Shown piece by piece: positions 1-9,477 of a stretch of 49,473 nucleotides of DNA (position 1 is its first letter; the number at the start of each line of letters is the position of its first letter). This stretch comes from Candidatus Krumholzibacteriota bacterium (GTDB lineage: Bacteria; Krumholzibacteriota; Krumholzibacteriia; Krumholzibacteriales; Krumholzibacteriaceae). Position numbers and translations under genes: made by a program. The notes beneath the pieces are model-generated. The model had not been told where the DNA came from. It did no database searches and worked only from the letters and a program-made list of their open reading frames with translations. The DNA is taken from NCBI GenBank assembly GCA_016931295.1, contig JAFGEZ010000021.1:1-49473 (forward strand), read 5' to 3'.

Positions 1-56
1 CGGCGAATATCGCTTGCTGCTCACGGACTCCCTCCTTTAGGCTCAATTGTAACCTA

Positions 57-2183
57 TCAGGTGTCTAGCAAACCAGGGGAAGTCCAGTCCGAGTTACGAT
101 TCGCAATGGCAAGATCGCTATCACCGTCACCATCTAGATCATCGCTTGAGACCGAGTAAGGCACGTCGCACGCGCTATAGTGGGAAAAAAAAGTGAATGT
201 ACCATCTCCAACACCTAATAGAACCGAGATATTGTCAGAAGTCCAGTTAGCTGTCACTATATCCAGATTTCCGTCATTGTCCAGATAGCTACAATTAAGC
301 GAGATAGGTTTTGTTCCAACATTATAATTTATTGCGGGGTTGAATGTACCATTTCCGTTTCCTCGCAGAACAGAGACATTGTCAGAATCCATGTTAGCCA
401 CTACAAGATCTACGTTTCCATCTTTGTCCAAATCGGCGCTAATCAGAGATCTCGGATTGGCGCCGGCTCCCAGGAAGTATGCCGCCAAGAAAGTACCATC
501 ACCGTTGCCAATGAATATCGACACATTGTTCGATCCCGAATTTGCGACTGCGAGGTCCATATCCCCATCATTATTGAAATCATCGCTGACTATCGAGTTG
601 GGGATATCCCCCGAAATGAGCAACCTGGAAATAAAAAATGTTCCATCTCCATTTCCTGATAGGATTGTAACCCTGTCGTTCTGGCAAGCTACTGCCAGGT
701 CTTCTTTCCCATCGCTGTTGAAGTCTCCGTTTGCGATAGAGATCGGAGCGGCCCACACGCTGAAATTAGTCGCGGCCGAGAATGTTCCGTCACCGTATCC
801 CAAAAGAATAGAAACTTGATCGGCAACATCATTCGCAGTTACAAGATCCTTGTCCCCGTCATTATTGAGATCCACACTGATGAGTGCGACCGGCGAAGTG
901 CCTATGCTAAAAGTCGTGATTTCGGAAAAGGTACCATCGCCATTTCCAAGCCTCACTCCAACACTATTAGAAAAATAGCTATTGGTCACAAGATCCTGGA
1001 TTCCGTCATTATTGAGATCGTCGAGGACTATAGCCCATGGCATATTTCCCGCTTCTAGCAATCTGGCGGAAATGAATGTGCCATCGCCCTGATTCATGAG
1101 AAATGAAACTTCATCTTCATCGGCGACTATAATGTCCATATCTCCATCATTCTCCAGATCATAGCTGGTGACCGAACCGGGATTGTTTCCAACTACATAA
1201 TCTTCCTTCTCACCAAATGTGCCATCACCGATACCCAAAAGAATCGAGATGTTGTAAGACAAGGCGTTACTTACCGCAAGATCCTGATTTCCGTCACCGT
1301 CAAAATCCTCACTAATAATCGAATTCGGGGTGTTGCCAACGATATATTCTACGGCTGATCCGAATGTTCCGTCTCCGTTTCCTAAAAGAACAGAGATGTT
1401 GTCGGAAGAACCATTTGATATCGAAAGATCCTGATCTCCGTCGCCATCGAAGTCGCTGCTCGCTATCGACCATGCTTGATATCCTGTAGCGTAGCTGCCC
1501 TCCGAGGCAAAAGTGCCATCTCCGTTGTTCAATAGTATAGAAGCGGATCCGCTATAACCGTTTGCCACGGAGAGATCGTTATCTCCATCTCCATCTAAGT
1601 CACTTATCGCCACTGAATAGCAAAGATCCCCGATTAAATAGTTTACCGCGCTTTCAAAAGTCCCGTCACCATTGCCCAACAGAACCGAAATGTTGTCTGA
1701 ATAATCGTTTGCCACTACAAGGTCTTTATCGCCGTCTCCATCGAGATCATCACTATTTATTGCCCTGGGACTTTGACCCACGGCATAGTTTCCTGCAGAG
1801 GAAAAAGTCCCTCCTCCATCGTTTAATAGTATTGTGACGTTTTCCGACTCGTGATTGGCCACTGCGAGATCCTGATACCCATTACCGTTCAAATCCCTTG
1901 CGATTATCGATATTGGATTATCTCCTACGCTGTAATGGAATGGCATCGAATAGTATCCATCCTCTTCCCCGATAAGAATAGAAACGGTTCCCGCGTCTTC
2001 AGAAACAATACCGAAGTTTGCCACCGCAAGATCCGCAATCCCGTCCCCATTGAAATCCTCGATCGCGACTGATGCTGGCTTATTCCCAGTGATTATCGAT
2101 GTCGCGCAATTGAAAAGTTGAGGTATTGCCGATGTTGTGACCGGCATAATTAATATCATTAAAACAATAAAGCATCTGCTCAT
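57..2183 (-). CDS. Secreted FG-GAP / VCBS-type repeat protein. It carries about 12 repeats of the form GNGDGTF...DFDGDGDxDLAVAN.
   Basis: 708-aa ORF. The N-terminus MSRCFIVLMILIMPVTTSA looks like a signal peptide. The Ca-binding-like motif DxDGDGxxDLxVAN recurs about every 47 aa. GC content is visibly lower than in the rest of the window. Confidence 0.7.
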   Translation of the reverse strand: MSRCFIVLMILIMPVTTSAIPQLFNCATSIITGNKPASVAIEDFNGDGIADLAVANFGIVSEDAGTVSILIGEEDGYYSMPFHYSVGDNPISIIARDLNGNGYQDLAVANHESENVTILLNDGGGTFSSAGNYAVGQSPRAINSDDLDGDGDKDLVVANDYSDNISVLLGNGDGTFESAVNYLIGDLCYSVAISDLDGDGDNDLSVANGYSGSASILLNNGDGTFASEGSYATGYQAWSIASSDFDGDGDQDLSISNGSSDNISVLLGNGDGTFGSAVEYIVGNTPNSIISEDFDGDGNQDLAVSNALSYNISILLGIGDGTFGEKEDYVVGNNPGSVTSYDLENDGDMDIIVADEDEVSFLMNQGDGTFISARLLEAGNMPWAIVLDDLNNDGIQDLVTNSYFSNSVGVRLGNGDGTFSEITTFSIGTSPVALISVDLNNDGDKDLVTANDVADQVSILLGYGDGTFSAATNFSVWAAPISIANGDFNSDGKEDLAVACQNDRVTILSGNGDGTFFISRLLISGDIPNSIVSDDFNNDGDMDLAVANSGSNNVSIFIGNGDGTFLAAYFLGAGANPRSLISADLDKDGNVDLVVANMDSDNVSVLRGNGNGTFNPAINYNVGTKPISLNCSYLDNDGNLDIVTANWTSDNISVLLGVGDGTFTFFSHYSACDVPYSVSSDDLDGDGDSDLAIANRNSDWTSPGLLDT

Positions 2184-2459
2184 ACTGTTCCCCCTGCATG
2201 ACTGTTTAGTGTAGCAAGCAATTTAAAACAGATAATCTTACAATCTTCAATAGAATTTTCATCCCGTAGTATGACAGAAATTACATCAAACACCTTTGCT
2301 TGCCGTTCCATCCCTGACCTGCCAGGTGACTAAATCCCTTTCGGGGCAATCGAGTAGGGTGTCAACGTTCCCTTCATTCCTTTCTTCTCTCCTTATGCCG
2401 CGGCAAATTGTCCCTTTTCCCTTGCCCGCGGGCGTAACCCGTCTATATTCTTGATTACG

Positions 2460-3686
2460 ATGCTGAAGACACCGGCGAGCATAAAGCCTCATATCGTCCT
2501 GCTCGGGCGAACCAACGTCGGCAAATCGACGCTGATGAACGCCATCGCGCGGCAGCCGCTGGCGCTCACCTCGGATGTGCCCGGCACGACGACCGATCCG
2601 GTCCGCAAGTCCTACGAGCTTCTCCCTTTCGGCCCCGTCGTCTTCGTCGACACGGGCGGCCTCGACGACCCGAGCGTCCTCGGCGACCTGCGGGTGTCCC
2701 TCACCAAACGGGAGCTCCAGAAGGCCGACTTCGTGATCCTCGTCGTCCAGGCCGGCCTTTGGGGAGAGCCGGAGGAGCAGGCCCTCGCCACCCTCGAGGA
2801 AACGAACACCGGCCACCTCGTCGTCGTCAACAAGACCGACCTCGAGGCCGACTGGAAAGCCCCTCGGGAGGCGATCTACGTCTCGTCGACCGCCGACGAG
2901 GGGATCGAGGAGCTCCGCCTCGCCCTCATCGATCGTCTCGAGAAGACGGTGAAGCGCACGCCATCGGTCCTCGGCGACCTCATCGACATCGGCGATGCGG
3001 TCGTCCTCGTCTGCCCGATCGACACCGGCGCGCCGAAGGGGCGGTTGATCCTCCCCCAGGTGATGGCGATCCGCGACGTCCTGGACAACGACGCCGTCGC
3101 CGTCGTCATCAAGGAGGACCGCATCGCCGAAACGATCGCCGGCCTCGAGACCCCGCCGAGACTCCTCGTCTGCGACTCGCAGGTGATCGAGCTCGTCGCG
3201 CGGGAGACGCCCCCGCACGTGGCGGTGACAACCTTCTCGATCCTCTTCGCCCGCATGAAGGCCGATCTCGAGACCTTCGTGCGCGGGCTCTTCGCCATCG
3301 AGGAGATCCAGGACGGCGACAGGGTGCTCATCGCCGAGGCCTGCACGCACCACCCCCTCGAGGACGACATCGGCACGATCAAGATCCCGCGCTGGATGCG
3401 CGCCTACACCGGCAAAAAGATCGAATTCGTCAAGTCCTGCGGCAAGGACTACCCCGGGGACCTCGAGCAGTTCAGGATGATCGTCCACTGCGGGGGCTGC
3501 ATGCTCACAGCCCGCCACGTCGAGGTCCGCGTCGAGGAAGCCACGAAGCGCGGCGTGCCGATCACGAACTACGGCCTCGCCATCTCGTACCTCACCGGCG
3601 TGCTCGAACGCGCCCTCGACCCCTTCCCCGAGCTCCGGAGGCTCGTCCATGAACACCGCGCCGCTGCGCGTCGCGATCGTCGATGA
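2460..3686 (+). CDS. hydF: [FeFe]-hydrogenase maturation GTPase HydF.
   Basis: The G1 P-loop is GRTNVGKST, and DTGG and NKTD motifs follow. The C-terminal Fe-S motif is CTHHPLEDD...HCGGC (CxH...HCxxC). The ORF finder starts at TTG 2451; the ATG at 2460 is the more likely start. Confidence 0.85.
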   Translation: MLKTPASIKPHIVLLGRTNVGKSTLMNAIARQPLALTSDVPGTTTDPVRKSYELLPFGPVVFVDTGGLDDPSVLGDLRVSLTKRELQKADFVILVVQAGLWGEPEEQALATLEETNTGHLVVVNKTDLEADWKAPREAIYVSSTADEGIEELRLALIDRLEKTVKRTPSVLGDLIDIGDAVVLVCPIDTGAPKGRLILPQVMAIRDVLDNDAVAVVIKEDRIAETIAGLETPPRLLVCDSQVIELVARETPPHVAVTTFSILFARMKADLETFVRGLFAIEEIQDGDRVLIAEACTHHPLEDDIGTIKIPRWMRAYTGKKIEFVKSCGKDYPGDLEQFRMIVHCGGCMLTARHVEVRVEEATKRGVPITNYGLAISYLTGVLERALDPFPELRRLVHEHRAAARRDRR

Positions 3687-5010
3687 CAACGCCGAGTTCC
3701 GCGGCGTCATGGTCAAGGCGATGCGGAAACAGGGCTTCGCCGTCGAGGAATACGACGCCGGCGAGCCCTTCGTCGAGGGCTTCGCGCCGGGGCGTCTCGA
3801 TCTCATCCTCGTCGACCTCGTGATGCCGGGGATCGACGGGATCGAGGTCATCCGGCGCGTCAAGAAGAACGACCCCACCGTCGTCGCCATCGTCGTCTCC
3901 GCCCACGGCTCGGCCGAGACGATCGTCGAGGCGATCAAGGAGGGGGCCTTCGACTTCCTCACGAAGCCCTTCCGGCTCGACGAGCTGCGCGTCCTCCTCG
4001 AGAAGGCCCTGCGGCAGGTCGAGCGCAACCGGGAGCTCGCCTCGATCCGCGGCGACCTCTCCCGCGACCGCTTCTGCGGCATGATCGGCCGCTCCGCGGC
4101 GATGCGCCGCGTCTTCGAGCTGACCGACCGGATCGCCCGCCGCGACGTGACCGTCCTCGTCACCGGCGCCTCGGGCACGGGGAAGGAGCTCCTCGCCCGT
4201 GCGATCCACAACCTCTCCCCGCGGCGCACCGGCCCGTTCATGGCCGTCAACTGCGGCGCGATCCCCGACACCCTCATCGATGCCGAGCTCTTCGGCCACG
4301 AGAAGGGCTCCTTCACCGGGGCGAACGCCTCCCGCGAGGGGATCATCCGGGCGGCCGACGGCGGCACCCTCTTCCTCGACGAGATCGGCGACCTGCCCCT
4401 GCCCACCCAGCTCCGGCTGCTCCGCTTCCTCCAGGAGAAGGAGATCCGCCCGGTCGGCTCCGACACGACGCACACCGTCGACGTCCGCGTCGTCTCGGCC
4501 ACCAACCGCGACCTCGAGGACATGGTCCGCCGCGAGCGCTTCCGCGACGACCTCTTCTACCGCCTCAGCGTCGTGCCGGTCCAGGTCCCCACGCTCGCCG
4601 CGCGCCGCGACGACATCCCGCTCCTCGTCACCTACTTCGTTGAGAAGGCGGGGAAGAAGTACCGGATCGCGCCGCCGCGGATCGAGGGGGCCGCGATGGA
4701 TCAGCTCATCGTCTACGACTGGCCCGGCAACGTCCGCGAGCTGGAGAACGTGATGGAGCGGCTCGTCATCCTCGCCACGGGCGGCATCATCCGCGCCCGC
4801 GACCTCCCGCGCCAGATCGCCTCGCACGAGGCGACCCTCGCGGGGATCGACCTGCCCGCCGGCCTCACCCTCGACGAGCTCGAGCGGCGCTACATCGAAC
4901 GGACGATCGAGGAGGCCGGCGGCAACCGCACGCGCGCCGCCGAGATCCTCGGCATCGACCGCCGGACGATCCAGCGCAAGCTCCGCGCCTGGGACGACGA
5001 CGAGGCATGA
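3649..5010 (+). CDS. Sigma-54-dependent response regulator of the NtrC family, with receiver, AAA+ sigma-54 interaction and Fis-type HTH domains.
   Basis: The receiver begins VAIVDDN...D. Walker A is GASGTGKE, and the sigma-54-contact loop GHEKGSFTGA is present. The C-terminus AAEILGIDRRTIQRKL is an HTH. A GGAGG RBS lies 8 nt upstream. The gene overlaps the hydF 3' end by 38 nt. Confidence 0.85.
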   Translation: MNTAPLRVAIVDDNAEFRGVMVKAMRKQGFAVEEYDAGEPFVEGFAPGRLDLILVDLVMPGIDGIEVIRRVKKNDPTVVAIVVSAHGSAETIVEAIKEGAFDFLTKPFRLDELRVLLEKALRQVERNRELASIRGDLSRDRFCGMIGRSAAMRRVFELTDRIARRDVTVLVTGASGTGKELLARAIHNLSPRRTGPFMAVNCGAIPDTLIDAELFGHEKGSFTGANASREGIIRAADGGTLFLDEIGDLPLPTQLRLLRFLQEKEIRPVGSDTTHTVDVRVVSATNRDLEDMVRRERFRDDLFYRLSVVPVQVPTLAARRDDIPLLVTYFVEKAGKKYRIAPPRIEGAAMDQLIVYDWPGNVRELENVMERLVILATGGIIRARDLPRQIASHEATLAGIDLPAGLTLDELERRYIERTIEEAGGNRTRAAEILGIDRRTIQRKLRAWDDDEA

Positions 5011-5128
5011 CGCCCCGCCGCCGTCCGCTGCCGCGCCCCCGCGACGACCGAACTCACAGCCTGACAACAGGATAACCCACTCCCGCGCGCCTGGCCTCAT
5101 ATCTCGTTATATTGCAAGGCGTTACGAT

Positions 5129-5144
5129 TGGCACCATCGTTGCA
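5129..5144 (+). promoter_or_regulatory. Sigma-54 (RpoN) -24/-12 promoter, TGGCAC-catcg-TTGCA.
   Basis: This is an exact match to the TGGCAC-N5-TTGCA consensus, with GG-N10-GC spacing. It lies 166 nt upstream of the NuoE-like gene start at 5310 and just downstream of the NtrC-type activator gene. Confidence 0.6.
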
Positions 5145-5309
5145 GTCTCCCCATGCGGAGGCTGAACAGGATGACGCGAAACAACGACAACAGAATACAG
5201 GGATTCGAGTTACAGGGTACGGGGGCCGGCGGGGGACTGCGACGGAATGTCCCGGACCGGCCGACGGGGTGCGGCAATCCGCCGCGCCGTCACGGGAAGT
5301 GAGGTGACC

Positions 5310-5795
5310 ATGCATCCGGAAGCCGCAAGCGCACGAGAAATCACCGGGATCATCGGCGAGGTCCCCCGCGGGCGCCACGATCTCGTCATCCCGACGCTCC
5401 AGCGCGTCCAGGCGACGCTCGGGTACATCCCCGAGCAGGTCGTCTTCGACCTCGCCGAGCAGGTCGGCACGACGCCGGCCGCCGTCTTCGGCGTCGCCAC
5501 CTTCTACAACCAGTTCCGCCTGACCGCCCCCGGCGAGCACACGATCCGCGTCTGCCGCGGGACGGCCTGCCACGTGAAGGGCAGCGCCAGGATACTCGAC
5601 ACGATCTGCCGCGCGCTCGGCGTCGCATCGGGCGAGACGACACGCGACGGGCTCTTCACCGTCGAGGAGGTCGCCTGCCTCGGCTCCTGCTCGATCGCGC
5701 CGGCCGTGATGATCGACGACCGCTTCTACGGGCACGTGACGGCCGAGGGGCTCGTCGAGCTCGCCGAGGCGATCTCGCGCGGAGGTGACGCATGA
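5310..5795 (+). CDS. NuoE-like thioredoxin-fold [2Fe-2S] subunit of the bifurcating [FeFe] hydrogenase (HydC/HndA type).
   Basis: The Cys motif is CRGTACHVKG...CLGSCSIAP. The RBS GAGGTGA precedes the ATG at 5310 (the ORF-finder frame starts at 5247). The stop overlaps the next gene's start as ATGA. Confidence 0.8.
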   Translation: MHPEAASAREITGIIGEVPRGRHDLVIPTLQRVQATLGYIPEQVVFDLAEQVGTTPAAVFGVATFYNQFRLTAPGEHTIRVCRGTACHVKGSARILDTICRALGVASGETTRDGLFTVEEVACLGSCSIAPAVMIDDRFYGHVTAEGLVELAEAISRGGDA

Positions 5796-7738
5796 CCGGC
5801 GAACTGTACAGGCGCTGGGAGGAAGCGGGCCGGCCGGGGCATTTCCTCGCGTGGGCCTTCGGGAACAACGACGACGCGGCGGAGACGATCCGCCTGCTCA
5901 GGCGCGAGACGATCGAGCGCCCGCAGGTCTTCGTGGGCACGGGCACCTGCGGCCTCGCCTCCGGCGCCGCCGACGTCCTCGCCGCCTTCAGCGAGGCGGC
6001 CGCCGCCGGCACCATCGACGCCGACATCCACGAGGCCGGCTGCCTCGGCTTCTGCCGCATGGAGCCCCTCGTCGAGATCCAGCTTCCCGGCGGACCGGGC
6101 GTCCTCTACGGCGAGGTCACCCCGGCCGAGGTCCCGGCCATCGCCAACACGGTCCTCGCCGGCGGCCGGCACGACGCGGCCCGGGCCCTCCTCCGCTTCG
6201 ACGACGGCCCGCCGATCGACGGCATCGATGCCGTCGCCGACCACCCCTTCTTCAGGCCCCAGCGCCGCATCGTGCTCTCGCGCGTCGGGCGCTTCGATCC
6301 GGACGACCTCTCCGCCGCCATCGCGCGGGAGGATTACCGCGGCCTGCTCGAGGCGCTGACCGCGAAGACGCCCGGGGAGACGGTCGCCACGATCGAGGCT
6401 TCCGGGCTCCGCGGCCGCGGCGGGGGCGGCTTCCCCACGGGCACGAAGTGGAAGCTCGCCGCCCGCGAGCAGTCCGACCGCAAGTACGTCGTCATGAACG
6501 CCGACGAGGGCGATCCCGGCGCGTTCATGGACCGCTCGGTCCTCGAGAGCGATCCGCACGCGGCGATCGAGGGGATGGCCCTCTGCGGCTACGCGATCGG
6601 CGCCGCCGAGGGGTACATCTACTGCCGCGCCGAGTACCCGCTCGCCATCCGGCGGCTCGAGACCGCCATCGCCGACGCGCGCGAGGCGGGGATCCTCGGC
6701 GAGAACATCCTCGGCACCGGCTTCTCCTTCGACATCCGGATCAAGATGGGCGCCGGCGCCTTCGTCTGCGGCGAGGAGACGGCGCTCCTCGCCTCGATCG
6801 AGGGCAAGCGCGGCATGCCCCGCCCCCGCCCCCCCTATCCGGCCCAATCGGGGCTGTTCGGCCGTCCGACCGTCATCAACAACGTCGAATCCATGGCCAA
6901 CATCGGCTGGATCGTGTCGAACGGCCCCGAGGCCTTCCGCGCCGTCGGGACGCCGGGCTCGCCCGGCACGAAGGTCTTCGCCCTCTCGGGCAAGCTCGAG
7001 CGGAGCGGCCTCGCCGAGGTTCCGATGGGGATCTCGATCGGCGAGATCGTCGAGGGGATCGGCGGCGGGAGCGAGACGGGGCTTGCCCTCAAGGCCGTGC
7101 AGATCGGCGGCCCGTCGGGGGCCTGCGTCCCCGTCGACCTCTGGCACACCGCGGTCGACTACGACGAGCTCAAGCGGATCGGCGCCATGATGGGCTCGGG
7201 CGGACTCGTCGTGATGGACGAGGGGACCTGCATGGTCGACGTGGCGCGCTTCTTCCTCGACTTCACCACGAAGGAATCCTGCGGCAAGTGCACCCCCTGC
7301 CGCGAGGGGACGCGGCGGATGCGCCACATCCTCGAGCAGCTCACCACCCGGTGGGGCGATCCCGACGAGGGTGGCGCGCTCGCCCGCTTCTCCGGGCTCA
7401 TCGAGCTCGAGCGCGTCGCCCGCGACGTGCAGAAGACGGCCCTCTGCGGGCTCGGGCAGACGGCGCCCAACCCGGTGCTCTCCACCCTGAAGTTCTTCCG
7501 CGGCGAGTACGAGGCGCACCTCTACGACCGCCGCTGCCCCGCGGGGGTCTGCACGGCCCTCAGGGAGTACGCGATCGACCCTGAGGCCTGCGTCGGCTGC
7601 GGCCGCTGCAAGAAGCTCTGCCCGGCGAACGCGATCGTCGGGTCGCCGAAGAAGACGCACTACATCGTCGAGGAGAAATGCATCGGCTGCGGCTCCTGCG
7701 CGGACACCTGCACGTTCGATGCGGTGACGGTCTCGTAG
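5792..7738 (+). CDS. NuoF-like NAD(P)H/FMN-binding subunit (HydB/HndC type). It has an N-terminal 2Fe-2S thioredoxin-like domain and a C-terminal 2x[4Fe-4S] ferredoxin.
   Basis: GRGGGGFPTGTKW is the FMN/NADH site. CGKCTPCREG is an N3-type 4Fe-4S motif. The C-terminus has CVGCGRCKKLCP and CIGCGSCADTC. The N-terminal motif is CGLASGA...CLGFCRMEP. Confidence 0.85.
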   Translation: MTGELYRRWEEAGRPGHFLAWAFGNNDDAAETIRLLRRETIERPQVFVGTGTCGLASGAADVLAAFSEAAAAGTIDADIHEAGCLGFCRMEPLVEIQLPGGPGVLYGEVTPAEVPAIANTVLAGGRHDAARALLRFDDGPPIDGIDAVADHPFFRPQRRIVLSRVGRFDPDDLSAAIAREDYRGLLEALTAKTPGETVATIEASGLRGRGGGGFPTGTKWKLAAREQSDRKYVVMNADEGDPGAFMDRSVLESDPHAAIEGMALCGYAIGAAEGYIYCRAEYPLAIRRLETAIADAREAGILGENILGTGFSFDIRIKMGAGAFVCGEETALLASIEGKRGMPRPRPPYPAQSGLFGRPTVINNVESMANIGWIVSNGPEAFRAVGTPGSPGTKVFALSGKLERSGLAEVPMGISIGEIVEGIGGGSETGLALKAVQIGGPSGACVPVDLWHTAVDYDELKRIGAMMGSGGLVVMDEGTCMVDVARFFLDFTTKESCGKCTPCREGTRRMRHILEQLTTRWGDPDEGGALARFSGLIELERVARDVQKTALCGLGQTAPNPVLSTLKFFRGEYEAHLYDRRCPAGVCTALREYAIDPEACVGCGRCKKLCPANAIVGSPKKTHYIVEEKCIGCGSCADTCTFDAVTVS

Positions 7739-7754
7739 AAAGGCGGAGGACGCG

Positions 7755-9464
7755 ATGTCAGTGAATCTCACCGTGAACGGAACGAAGACGAGGGCGGCTC
7801 GGGGCGAGACGATCCTCTCGGTCGCCAGGCGCCTCGGGATCGAGATCCCCACCCTCTGCCACATCGACGGCCTCGAGCCGAACGGCGCCTGCCGGATCTG
7901 CGTCGTCGACGTCGGCGGCCGGCTCGTCCCCTCCTGCTCCACACCGGTCGCCGAGGGGATGGAGGTGACGACGAACTCCACGGCCGTGCTCCGGGCCAGG
8001 AAGACGATCGTCGAGCTCCTCCTCGCCGCCCACCCGAGCGAGTGCACGACCTGCTTCAAGTCGGACAGCTGCGAGCTGGCGCGCCTCGCCCGCGAGTACT
8101 CGATCGAGCGGATCAAGGTGCCGAGGGGATACGCGCGGCGCCTCCCCGACTCCTCCAACGCGGCGATCGTCCGCGAGCCGGAGAAATGCATCCTCTGCGG
8201 CAAGTGCGTGCGCGTCTGCAACGAGATCCAGGGGGTCGGCGCGATCGACTTCGCCCGGCGCGGGGCCGACACGACGGTCCAGCCGGTCTTCGGGCGCGCC
8301 CTCGGGCTGACCCAGTGCACCTTCTGCGGCCAGTGCATCAACGCCTGCCCCACCGGGGCCCTCCACGAGGCCTCGCACATCGACCGGGTCCTCGCCGCCC
8401 TCGCCGACCCCGCCGTCACGACCGTCGTCCAGGTGGCGCCGGCGATCCGCGTGTCGATCGGCGAGCTCTTCGACATGGCCCCGGGCTCGGTCGTCACCGG
8501 CAAGCTCGCCGCCGCGCTCCGCCGCGTCGGGTTCGACCGGGTCGTCGACACCGATTTCGCCGCCGACCTCACGATCATGGAGGAGGGCTCGGAGTTCGTG
8601 AAGCGCCTCCGCGAGGGCGGCCCCCTGCCCCTCCTCACGAGCTGCTCGCCGGGATGGGTGAAGTTCATGGAGCACAACTGGCCCGAGCTCCTGCCGAACC
8701 TCTCCACGTGCAAGTCGCCGCACGAGATGCTGGGCGCCGTCGTGAAGGGCTGCTGGGCGCCCGAGGCGGGCATCGATCCCGCGACGGTCTTCGTCGTCTC
8801 CGTGATGCCCTGCACGGCGAAGAAGTACGAGGCGGGCCGGCCAGAGCTGGGCGACGGGGGGATCGGCGACGTCGACGCCGTCCTCACGACGCGCGAGGCG
8901 GGACGCCTCCTCCGGCTCTTCGGCATCGATCTCGCCGCGATGCCCGAGGAGGATTTCGACCACCCCCTCGGCGCCTCGACCGGCGCGGCGGCGATCTTCG
9001 GCCGCTCGGGTGGCGTCCTCGAGGCGGCGCTGCGCACCGTCCACCAGCTGTTGACCGGCGAGGAACTCGCCTCCCTCGATTTCGAGACCGGCGGCCCCGG
9101 GATCCGCGAGACGACGGTCGACGTCGCCGGCTCGCGCGTGAGGGTGGCGACGGCCTCGGGGCTGGCCGCCGCGCGCGCGCTCGTCGAACGGGTCCGCGCC
9201 GGGGAGACCTTCCACATGATCGAGATCATGGCCTGCCCGGGCGGGTGCATCAACGGCGGCGGGCAGCCCTACGCCGACGCCGAGACGGCCCGGCTGCGCA
9301 GGAGCGCCCTCAACGTGGTCGACCGGAGCATGCCGGTCAGGCGCAGCCACCTGAATCCCGAGATCGCGGCGCTCTACCGGAACGTCCTCGGCAGGCCGCT
9401 CTCGGAGAAGAGCCACGAGCTGCTGCACACGACCTACACGGAGCGAACGCTCTTCAACGCGTGA
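7755..9464 (+). CDS. hydA: [FeFe]-hydrogenase catalytic subunit HydA, M3 architecture. In this gene context it belongs to group A3 (bifurcating).
   Basis: The N-terminal 2Fe-2S motif is CRIC. A His-ligated 4Fe-4S site reads HPSECTTCFKSDSC. Two ferredoxin motifs follow, CILCGKCVRVC and CTFCGQCINACP. The H-cluster motifs are L2 MPCTAKKYE and L3 EIMACPGGCINGGGQP. L1 reads TSCSPGW, which is atypical. The RBS is GGAGG. Confidence 0.9.
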   Translation: MSVNLTVNGTKTRAARGETILSVARRLGIEIPTLCHIDGLEPNGACRICVVDVGGRLVPSCSTPVAEGMEVTTNSTAVLRARKTIVELLLAAHPSECTTCFKSDSCELARLAREYSIERIKVPRGYARRLPDSSNAAIVREPEKCILCGKCVRVCNEIQGVGAIDFARRGADTTVQPVFGRALGLTQCTFCGQCINACPTGALHEASHIDRVLAALADPAVTTVVQVAPAIRVSIGELFDMAPGSVVTGKLAAALRRVGFDRVVDTDFAADLTIMEEGSEFVKRLREGGPLPLLTSCSPGWVKFMEHNWPELLPNLSTCKSPHEMLGAVVKGCWAPEAGIDPATVFVVSVMPCTAKKYEAGRPELGDGGIGDVDAVLTTREAGRLLRLFGIDLAAMPEEDFDHPLGASTGAAAIFGRSGGVLEAALRTVHQLLTGEELASLDFETGGPGIRETTVDVAGSRVRVATASGLAAARALVERVRAGETFHMIEIMACPGGCINGGGQPYADAETARLRRSALNVVDRSMPVRRSHLNPEIAALYRNVLGRPLSEKSHELLHTTYTERTLFNA

Positions 9465-9477
9465 GGAGGCCGGGGCG

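Noticed and set aside
2286-4523. 745-aa minus-strand ORF antisense to hydF and the NtrC-like gene.
   Set aside because: The composition is Arg/Ser/Pro-rich with low complexity and is typical of an out-of-frame read through high-GC coding DNA. The plus-strand genes have clear conserved motifs.
5726-9253. 1175-aa minus-strand ORF, plus the alternative-frame plus-strand ORFs 5785-7584 and 8042-9481, overlapping the NuoF-like gene and hydA.
   Set aside because: The products are Arg/Gly/Asp-rich junk with no motifs. They are GC-frame artefacts; the annotated frames carry Fe-S and H-cluster motifs.
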